A stretch of DNA of 46,013 bases. It comes from Dimargaris cristalligena. Its lineage: Eukaryota. Where the stretch lies: assembly GCA_003614675.1 (NCBI GenBank), contig ML002297.1, positions 1 through 46,013 on the forward strand, read 5' to 3'. Positions 34,108-43,789 of this stretch are shown here, piece after piece (positions within the stretch are counted from its first letter, which is position 1; each line of letters opens with the position of its first letter). The notes beneath the pieces were generated by a model. The model was not told the DNA's origin. It worked only from the letters and a program-made list of their open reading frames with translations, and did not search any database. The position numbers and the translations under genes are program-made.

Positions 34108-34681
34108 TAAAATTCCTTCTATATAGGCGGAGGGGTCAAGTGTCGAGGAGAAGACTGCTGCTCTCTCTTTCCCCCGAACTTCACTCCCCCCGCGATATGA
34201 ATGCATACATTCTTGTGGTCAACCCTTACTAAACCGCCAGACCTTGGCTATATGCTCACTTCACTCCTTTTACTTGGGTTGTTTGGAATATATCACCCAC
34301 TCTCCCCCCTCCCTCCTTCCTCTTCCTTCCTCTTCTTCCGTATGTTACCACCACTTACTTTTTTGTGTTTATTAATGTTTCTTACTGATTGCGGGGTGTT
34401 CATCCTTCCTTGTTCCCGGTTCCTGCATTCCCTGAACCCTAAAACCCCCTCTCCCTGTACTCTATTCACACCCCTCATATACCTTACTCTTCGGCACTTC
34501 CCACTACTACTGCCCTTCGCATTCCCAATTTTAGATTGCCAGCCCCAAGCACTACTATTGCTCCACTGGCCTGCCTTCTCGTGAAGGCCCTGTATTACTG
34601 CATACTCACTCATTCGCCATACATATAGTCTCCCACCCGCTGCTCCACCAGCCCCGGGTCCTGCGTCATTCATCGCCCGCC

Positions 34682-37600
34682 ATGACGTCCAGCCTGGTCC
34701 TCGCCGTCCCGACCAACATCATTCCGGCCATGTTGGGCGGGTTCATTATCATTTATGGCCTCGTTTCCATGTTCATTAAGGAGCGGCTGTTTTTATCGGA
34801 AGCCTGTAAGTACAATATGTCCCTCTTATCATTTTCATGTAGCGTCTTGTGGTCATATTTATCTCGCCCGGGGAACGCCTAATTTACTCGACACTCTGGC
34901 CCAATTTGGCCACTCTCCTGCCCCTCTTGGACTGAATCTGGCCTATCATCCCCACTTTTCCAAATGGGGGATAATGGCCGTGATTCAAGAAAGAGCGCGG
35001 GTATTGTGGACCATCATGTCCCTCGGGTCCTTGTCCCATCCGCGGAAAAATCCCCTCCCACTCAACCCTGACCGCGATTGTCTCCCTCTTTCCCTTTGGC
35101 CGTCTGGGCCATTTAAACCCAGCTGTTATATAATCACACCGATCCATTATTATTAATCGCAATCTATGCTATTTTGGTCGGGGGAATTTGTCGTCATTGC
35201 CCACCTATTCCGTAATGCCCCTCAATTCCGGGGTATCAGTGGTAGCAACCCTTTATGGTATTATTATCGGGCCCATCTGCATTGGCTTGGTGGACCCCTC
35301 TAATTTATTTGACATTGATTCATTTACCAAGGAATTCGCCCGGTACGTCATTGCCCTCCAGGTAAGTCCATCACTCTAAACGAGGCTGGCTGACTGTATA
35401 TTATGGCTCTTGGCGCGCCTCTCCTTCTCTGTGGCCTACTACACCCATCAAGGCGGTCTTGTGGATACGATAATCCCCCCCCAGCTTCCTTTCCCTGATT
35501 TCCCCAAATTTCTCTCTCCTAATCGCGGCGGGGCCTGCATCCTCCTCCTCCTCCAGCCACTCATCGCCCTCTTCAGGGGCCTTGGCGATTAAGCTCCCCC
35601 TATTATTTCTGGGGGAGGCGTTGGTGGATGAATGGAGGGGGGGGAAGGGGTTATAGATGGGGAAGGTTGAAACGCCCACCCCTAACTGCTCATTGGGTAT
35701 CAGAAAAATGGTCGAATTGGTGTCTCAGCGGAACAGAGCGAGGATTATGAGTGTGCAGTCTTCTTAGCCTTGCATTGATTTGGCGCTGATTTTCGTTCCA
35801 ATGAGATGGCCCTGCATCCTGACGATCTCCCCCGGATTCAGTGGGATGGGTCGAATGGAGCGCCTTAACCCTCTAACTAACCCCTCCATACTTCTTTTTC
35901 TGGGGGGGGTGTATTATCACCGCCCTAACCTCCAGAAACCCCTGGTCACTTGAGCGCATACCTAATATAATAATATAACTTTGCCTTGTTTGGCTTGCCA
36001 ACTAACTCCCTCTATCTCTACCACCATTGACCCGCACTTAGGTTATGGCCGCCGGTATCGAATTACCAAAGTAAGTACCCCCTCCTATCTCACCACATAA
36101 TTATACTGCTGCCATTGAGCCTACTGCCCGCTTCTCTCCCCTTCCTGCGAGTCTGACATTTTTGATGTGCTTCCTTCTTGCCCCTCACCTCGTCACATCC
36201 AATCCAGAGCCTACGTATTCAAGGAATGGAAATCCCTCTTCATGCTTCTATTACCCGTCATGGGCTGCATGTGGGTAATCTCCGGTATTATCATCCATTT
36301 AGTTTTTCAACTCCCATGGGTAGGTGCGCCATATGCCTACTTGTTTCTGGTACACAGTACTTATATTCTACCAAAGTTATTACCCACTGCCACCACGCCT
36401 CTCCCCCCTTCGTTACCCGGTGATGTATTCCGTGGAATGGCTGGGCCGATTGATTTTTATTTTGCTCTACCTTCCATAACTCCGCACTGTCTAACTCTAA
36501 CCATTCGGACCACCTGCCTCTATTGTATTCTTTTAACAATTCCGGATATAGCTTGACTCACTCGTCGTGGCCGCATGCATTACTCCTACTGATCCCGTAA
36601 GTCCACAATGTGCCTCTACCCCCAAAATATATCTCCCTTTTCCGTTTTTAGGAGCATTCTTTATCCGGCCATTGGGGGGTAGCCAGTCTCATATTGGGCA
36701 TATCACCCCCACCCTTAATCTCGTGATCATTAATGCCCCTCTCTTTTCCCCTCGTTTATTCGTGACTGCTACCAGATCTTGGCCAACTCCGTCATCAAGG
36801 GTCGGTTTGCTGAGAAGCGGGTACCCAAAAATCTCCGTAATATTTTAGCGGCCGAAAGTGGATCCAACGATGGTAAGTTCACACCTCTGCCTGTACCTGC
36901 CCTCTCCCCGGCCTTTGCAACGCTCCCTGTATACATCCATCCCACTCCCTTACTTGACTAGCGCGACCCCTTTTTAACCCCAACCCCTTGCTGTCTTACA
37001 TTCCTTCTCTCTCTCTCTCCTCCTCCAGGCCTGGGGTTCCCCCTTCTCTACCTGGCCCTTTATCTGCTCATCTACCCCGACAACACGGGTAAGGCTATTG
37101 GCAAGTGGTTCTATATGGCCTGGGCATACGAAGTCCTCCTATCGGTGGTGATTGGCTCCGTGGTGGGCTATGGTGCCCGCAAACTCCTGTACCTCGCCGA
37201 GGGCCGGTGTCTCATTGATAAGGAATCGTTCCTGTCCTATAGCATCGCCCTGACCATATTCCTGCTGGGTGTGGTGGGTCTCATCGCCAGTGACGACCTG
37301 CTTTCGGTGTTTTGTGCCGGTACCGCTTTTGCCTGGGACGACTGGTTCCGCAAGGAAACCAAGGAGGCCCACCTACAGGAGGTGATTGATATGTTGTTCA
37401 ATGTAACGTTCTTCATTTACTTTGGAACCATTATTCCGTGGAACATGTTCAATATCCCGTCCATGAACCTGCACCTGTGGCGGTTCTTTGTGACGGCGAT
37501 TTGCGTGTTGATCTTCCGGCGCCTCCCCATTCTCATCGCCCTCTGTAAGTTTATCCCCGCGGTCAAAACGTGGCGGGAGGCCATCTTTGCTGGCTGGTTC

Positions 37601-38371
37601 GGCCCCATTGGGGTCGGGGCCCTTTACTACATCATGGTGGCCCGCAGTTATATGGAGAGTCACCAAATCAACCCCCCGGCCTACGACGTGATCTACCCCA
37701 TCGTGACCTTTGTCGTGATGAGTTCGGTGCTGGTCCACGGTGTGACCATCCCCCTCTTCCACTTGGGCAGCCGCATCAATACCCGTACCCTGACCAACAA
37801 CTCCATGATTGGTAATTTTGTCAGTCGCCTCCCCATGGTCCGGTCCGGCCAGCAGATTGTCATTCAGCGGCCCGACGGGAGTGATGATGCTTCGTATACG
37901 GTCACCTCAGTGAAGCGTCTCGACGAGAGTGACGAGGGTGGGCCAGCATTCCCCCCCGGCGAGGCCACGGTCGGGGCCAAGGGCCCGGACTACACCAGCG
38001 TACCCCGCCATGCGATCCATGAGACCTTGATTGAGGCCGACCGTAACCGACACGGGTCACGCTCGTCACAGTCCTCTCAGTATTATAATGGAGACGATGA
38101 CGACCCGCAGTACCTGGAAATTAAAATTGACGAAATGGATCGGCGGCCACCCACGAACCCCACCCTGCGGTTCGAAGAGCCCGGGGCGGAAGGGACACCC
38201 AAGCCGACTTCCACCCCTCCCGCGCGCGAGGACTCGAATCCCACCACGCGCAGTGGCTCCCCATATCTTTCTCCTTCAGACATTGTCCCTCAGCGCCAGC
38301 CATCCCCGTTGAACGACCACCCCCGCCACCGCAATTCCACCGTATCATTTAGACACGATGTGGAAAAATAG
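34682..38371 (+). CDS. NHA1: Plasma-membrane Na+(K+)/H+ antiporter, Nha1/Sod2 (CPA1) family, ~623 aa, 7 exons
   Basis: Exons 34682-34805, 35240-35361, 36042-36070, 36208-36319, 36552-36596, 36776-36872, 37029-38371 (1872 nt). Motifs FIKERLFLSE, ACITPTDPILANSV, AESGSNDGLGFP, SDDLL, FAGWFGPIGVGA, SVLVHG; hydrophilic C-terminal tail. Confidence 0.95.
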
Positions 38372-38972
38372 AGAGCCCCCGTTGCTCAGTGTAGATGGGA
38401 CGGTGCTGGGCTATTCGCGCCGCGTCAGTAGTATTGCCCCCCCCCCTCCCGCTGGGGCTGCGTCAGTTTTTGGTTGTTTTTATAGGTATTTGTTATTTAT
38501 TTTCATCATTCGCGAAACCCATCCCTGTCGCGTCGGTCTCAATTTGGTTATTTGGTTTCGATTCACCCTGCATTTTATTTTTATTGCTCCGATTGCTTTT
38601 TTTTTTGCTATTCTTCCCTCCTTATGCTCTTATTGCTTTTATGGACAATCATTCGACCCCCCCCCCCTTCTAATACCCCTTTTAGCTGTCCGTATGCCAA
38701 TTTGGTAGCTGGGATTGGAGTTAGTTTTGGTATCCGTGCCTACTTGGACTGATGTGCGCATTCTCTGCTTTTAGTGTGCCGTTTGCATTGGGTCTAATAA
38801 ATGTGTGCTTCATCGTCAGTGTTGTGACCGGTACTCGGTCTTGATAATCGCAATTAGCATCGCGGGGGCTCCCCATTTCCCTTTCCTCCGGAATTAAGTA
38901 CCTGCTGCTGGACGGTTCGGCCCAACGGGATCCCTCCCCAGTGGCTCTATGCCCTAGAATGTACATTGGTAG

Positions 38973-38979
38973 TGAGTCA
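38973..38979. promoter_or_regulatory. Gcn4/CpcA-type AP-1 element TGAGTCA upstream of the sulfhydrylase gene
   Basis: Exact consensus 350 bp upstream of an amino-acid biosynthesis gene. Confidence 0.35.
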
Positions 38980-39328
38980 GAATGCGGAATACTGATGAAT
39001 CATGAGGTTTATTTTCGGTCAAGGGGGCAGGAAAGTGCGCCAGCCTCACCTGGCTCAAAGTCGGCTGCACAGAGCGGCGCTCCTGCCAAGTAGGTCGGGC
39101 CATTTTGTTGAGGAGTCACCTCATCTGAAATGCACTGAGTGCCGCATCCCGGGCGGGGGGTATCTCAGCCTGGGTGGGATGTCATGGACTGCTCTATCGG
39201 AAGGCATAGGATGGCTGCGCTTGATAGCTTAACTCTCCCTTTTCTCCACCTTATTAGCCACTAAACCCCCTTCCCCTTCTGCTCATTTACCTTCCTACCC
39301 CGCTTCCTCGGCCGTCTTCCCATTTGCC

Positions 39329-40639
39329 ATGCCCCCGCCACTCCGCTTCGAAACCCTTCAGGTCCACGCTGGTCAGGGAGGTGCCCAGGACGAGCCCAGT
39401 CGTGCCCGGGCCGTCCCTATCTTTGCGACATCGTCCTATATCCTCGATAGTGCCGAGGACGCCGTTAAACTCGTTAATGGCGAGAAAAAGGGCTACTTGT
39501 ACACCCGGGTGGCCAACCCCACCAACGCTGTCTTTGAGGAACGCATGGCTGCGCTGGAGGGCGGCGTAGCCGCCATGGCCACCAGCAGTGGTCAGGCCGC
39601 CGAATTTATGGCCATTATTACCATCGCCGGCGCGGGGGATAACATTGTATCCCTTCCGAATCTATACGGGGGAACCTACGTTATGTTTAAGGAACTGCTG
39701 GCTCGGCTGGGCATCGAAGTCCGTTTCGCCTGTGATGATGGCCCGCTGACCATGGCCCGCCTAATCGACGCCCGTACCAAGGCGCTGTTCGTGGAAAGCA
39801 TCGGGAACCCCAAATTCAACGTGCCCGATCTCCGGGCCTTGGCTGACCTCGCCCATAGCCAGGGTATTCCCCTGCTGGTGGACAATACCTTTGGGATGGG
39901 CGGGTATCTGATCCGTCCCCTGGATCATGGGGCTGATATCGTGGTTCATTCGGCGACCAAGTGGATTGGCGGGCACGGGACCACAATTGGCGGGGTCATT
40001 GTGGACGCGGGTCGGTTCAACTGGAAGGCCAGCGGCCGATTTCCCGCCCTTACCACCCCCGGCCCCGACGGCGCGTCCTACTGGGACAAGGCCGCCATCG
40101 AGGGAGGACTCAACTCGTGCTTTACCATGATGGCCCGCTGTGACACCCAGTACGGTGTAGGGGCCTGTCAGAATCCCTTTGGCGCATTTCTGTTGCTCCA
40201 AGGTCTTGAGACCTTATCCTTGCGGGCCGAACGGCATTTGTCCAATGGCCTGGCCTTGGCTCAATGGTTGGAACAGCAGCCCCAAGTTAGTTTTGTCTCC
40301 TACCTAGGACTACCCCAGCACCCCTACCACGCCCTGGCCCGCAAATACCTTAACCATGGATTTGGCAGTATGCTGACCTTTGGGGTTCAGGGTGGGGCTC
40401 CGGCTGCTATGCGATTTATCAATGCGGTTCAACTTGCTTCGCACCTGGCTAATGTGGGCGATGCCAAAACTCTGGTCATTCATCCGTTCACAACTACCCA
40501 TTCCCGGCTCAACGAAGAGGAGGCGCGCCTGTGTGGGGTCAGCCCGGAGATGGTCCGGGTCAGCGTGGGGATTGAGCACATTGAAGATATCAAGACCGAT
40601 TTCGCCCAGGCCCTCGAGCAGGCAGTCATGGAATCTTAG
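39329..40639 (+). CDS. MET17: O-acetylhomoserine/O-acetylserine sulfhydrylase (Met17/CysD family, PLP-dependent), 436 aa, intronless
   Basis: RFETLQVHAGQ, YTRVANPT, LYGGTY, VDNTFG, PLP-lysine motif HSATKWIGGHG, HLANVGDAKTLVIHP, RVSVGIEHIEDI. Confidence 0.93.
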   Translation: MPPPLRFETLQVHAGQGGAQDEPSRARAVPIFATSSYILDSAEDAVKLVNGEKKGYLYTRVANPTNAVFEERMAALEGGVAAMATSSGQAAEFMAIITIAGAGDNIVSLPNLYGGTYVMFKELLARLGIEVRFACDDGPLTMARLIDARTKALFVESIGNPKFNVPDLRALADLAHSQGIPLLVDNTFGMGGYLIRPLDHGADIVVHSATKWIGGHGTTIGGVIVDAGRFNWKASGRFPALTTPGPDGASYWDKAAIEGGLNSCFTMMARCDTQYGVGACQNPFGAFLLLQGLETLSLRAERHLSNGLALAQWLEQQPQVSFVSYLGLPQHPYHALARKYLNHGFGSMLTFGVQGGAPAAMRFINAVQLASHLANVGDAKTLVIHPFTTTHSRLNEEEARLCGVSPEMVRVSVGIEHIEDIKTDFAQALEQAVMES

Positions 40640-41842
40640 GCTTCACCACACTCCCGGCTTTTCTACTAGATTCGAGCCGCCTGGCTTCCAATGATGCCTC
40701 CCCCATTTCCAAAATAGACCCAGTAGGTTTATAATTCTCCCATTTCATCACGCCTATACCCAATGCGACGTTTAACTCTTTAAAATAATAAAAACATATG
40801 GGTGAAATTCTGCCCAGCTATATAAGGGCTTGCATTATATGTGTATGGGAGAATATATGGGAAATGTATTTTTAACTAGTAATATTGGCCGAATCTAATG
40901 GATTTTTCGTTATACAGCTTGGATGAACTTCTCCCATATTCTGCTCTAATTATTTATTGATGGGTTGTGGGCATTGGCAGGGCATGCCCGGGGGACCTAC
41001 TCGTAATAACACTCCAGGTTCCCTGTTAAAGTACCGTGGTACCTATAATAATTGGGACATGCTCAGCTCCAGTGGCCACTTACTAACCACTTTGGTAGAC
41101 AAATCTATAGCACGGAGTTCCTGGTGACAACTTAATAACTTAGTTTAAATTTACCTCTGCTACCCTATTGTATGATAGTATTAGTTTGTTTTTTCGCACA
41201 ATCCCTCAAACGGTCGCTCCACGGGGCAGTGGGTAGGTCTAGGGGACCACCGAGTTGTCACTGACCAGTTCCAATTCCATTTTTTTTTCACCCGGCTTGA
41301 AGATAACCACCGAATTATATGGGGTATAGCTTTTTCTCTATAGAACATGGTTTGGTTACACTTATATCACCCTGGAAGTTACCATCACACCTAACCGGCA
41401 CAGCAGGTTATAGATGTAATATAATTAGTGAAACCACCCAGCCATAATGTGTACCTTTTGGAAATATCCAGTGGCCAGTAATTGGAGACAATCATCGGCC
41501 ATTGAGCCCCAGCAATGAGCGTTAGAAAAAGCTCACTGTAGTATATATTAGTAGCTGAGTCGCTAGTTGGGGTTGTTGAAAGCCACCAATCATTTCAACT
41601 TACGGCGTTACCTGTTGCCCCCGTTTAATTTTTGCAAGGCTGAGAGTGATTCTATTAGCTATACCTTAGGCGTGTAACCCTAAATAGCGACGTGATCCAT
41701 TGATAAGTTGGGTGCAGGACGGTAAAAGTCCATCACCAAGATTTTGGGCTAAACAGCAGTTGGTAGATTCAGTCATGATATTTTTTCTGCTAAATTGAGT
41801 ATCTAACCCTCTAACCCGCACCTGCTATGTATCCCATATGAG

Positions 41843-41850
41843 TATAAAAA
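41843..41850 (+). promoter_or_regulatory. Putative TATA box of the secreted-protein (pseudo)gene
   Basis: TATAAAAA about 120 bp upstream of ATG 41968. Confidence 0.45.
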
Positions 41851-41967
41851 CCTGCCATTAGTCACCCCTTCATTGTCACTTACCTTACTTGGCTTTAAAT
41901 ATTTTTGCCAGCATCTTGTCGTCCCCTTCCCTTCCAAGTCGAATAATCCTAGTGAATCCGGCCCGGT

Positions 41968-43296
41968 ATGTTTAAGCTAACCTATTTCTTGTTGGTGTTG
42001 CCCGCCATTGGCCTCATTTTCCCTTCTACCAGGGGGTTGCCCAGTCCCAATCGACCTCCACTTGAAAACCGAGATGATCCCTTGCCGCAGATTGATCAAG
42101 ACTTTCCAGTTGCTGCTCTTGAGGCAGCAATTTTACGATTGATCCAGGGAGTTGATGATGATGCTCAGCCAGCGGGTGCAGGGAATGCTGGATTGGAAAT
42201 GAATGCATTGAGAGATGTACTCCAGGCCGATTTGGATGAAGTAGAGGAACATAATAAATAATCGGCAGACCTTGGGCATGAACCCTTTAACCTACAAGAT
42301 ATCCTTAACACCGCCACCGTCACTGAAGATGTAAGTATCTCACATGTCAAATAAACACTAGTAACTGTTTTTGCTAATGTCAATAGAATACCTTTACTAC
42401 AAGTTACATTACATCCCTACTAACCTAGTAATTCTGAGTATCGGCATGCAACTTATTGATGCATATTTATTATGGAGCAGATGGCAAACCGATTCTGGGC
42501 TCATGTGCTTAGCAATGATCTAACAGACACTCAAAGCAGTTCTATTCAGAGCCTGTTTCGGTCACTCTCAGATAAGAAGGCCCTTGATTTACTGGAATTA
42601 TACCTTATTGGAGAGAACTGTGGCCTCAAAATACTTATCTATCAAGGCGTATCTAAGGCCAGACTGGTTCACAGTCACAGTATTTTCCCAACACTTTTCC
42701 GCTCCACCAATGTGGATTTAGCCATGGCTCTGATTTCCAAGTATGGGCAGCTAGTCCAGACAGTCTCTCCCAATGGCCGTGGTATTGCAGGTCAATTACC
42801 GGAAACATTTCCAGCCCTGTTAAATTCATGGCTGGCTCAAATGGACACATCCGTTAAAGTGCTAGCCGTCAACGGCAACGATGTCTCCCTGGAGCAACTG
42901 CTCAAAATGAAAGGGCTCGCTACCCTGACTCCAACTGGAATATTTACGTCGGCTATGTGGGCCTTTTGGTTCAAGCACCCTTCCACTGCCCGGCTTTTAA
43001 TGGCCAAACTGGATGACTATGAGGATTTACCACTGGCCCTGCACAAACTTAAGCCTCACCTTATTTACTGGTGGGATATGCAGAGCCTGGCGGACAGGGA
43101 TTAGCAGCATAGTTATATCTTGAACAACTTATCAGACAGCTTTAAGAAGGGGGCTTTTGTTGATCAGTTCCCCGGTGTAAACCTCCATTTGGATGCCCCC
43201 ATTATAGAGAGTCAGAATATTATCCTGGGTATGATGGAGAACCAACTAGAGTTTGATGTCCCCAGCCAATATATACCCCAGTTTGACCTCAATTGA
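41968..43296 (+). pseudogene. Secreted (signal-peptide) protein of unknown family, ~406 codons, with 3 in-frame stops
   Basis: Signal peptide MFKLTYFLLVLPAIGLIFPSTRG-LPSP. The frame continues past TAA 42259 to donor GAT|GTAAGT (42331). With a TACTAAC branch at 42418-42424 and an AG at 42438, exon 2 (42439-43296) is in frame but contains TGA 42457 and TAG 43102. The acceptor choice (GAG) is uncertain. Confidence 0.7.
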
Positions 43297-43789
43297 TTTG
43301 GTTTTCCCAGTTGTGGTAGGCTGGATGTAGCCCGGCCCGTGTGCCCCATGGTCACCATCATTAGTGGCCTTCTATATTTTGTTTATCGATTTAGTTGTTT
43401 CTCTTCGGTATTCTTTGCTGTCTGGCTGAATATTCCGGCATATTAGCAGTACTAGCCTCCACCCACTGGCAAGTTGGGCCCCGGCTACTGCTAGTTAGCT
43501 ATGCTTAATTTATTTCCTATTTACCATTTCCTTATAAATTCCCTGCAGGTATCCTCTCAATAAATTTTGGCAATTTTACACCATATGTAATTTTATTTAT
43601 ATTCCTGATACTTGATAATGTGTGCCCCTTTGCCCAGTGTATCCCTGTCTGAAGTCCTGATAGTAATAGTCCCCCTGAGTGTGGATTTATGTACTTAGAT
43701 TATTTCCTAATAGACCATCCTTTCCCCAGCCGGTGCTGGTCAATGGTTATTGTATTGCTGCTTAGCACAGGAAGGTTAAATATCGTGTT

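Noticed and set aside
35744-35823. Possible box C/D snoRNA in NHA1 intron 2
   Set aside because: C box imperfect, terminal stem weak, and I could not identify rRNA complementarity.
41968-43296. Stop-codon reassignment (TAA/TAG read as Gln) to explain the in-frame stops
   Set aside because: Conserved genes in the window end at their expected C-termini with TAA (CAP, SKI2) and TAG (MET17, kinesin), and none has internal stops.
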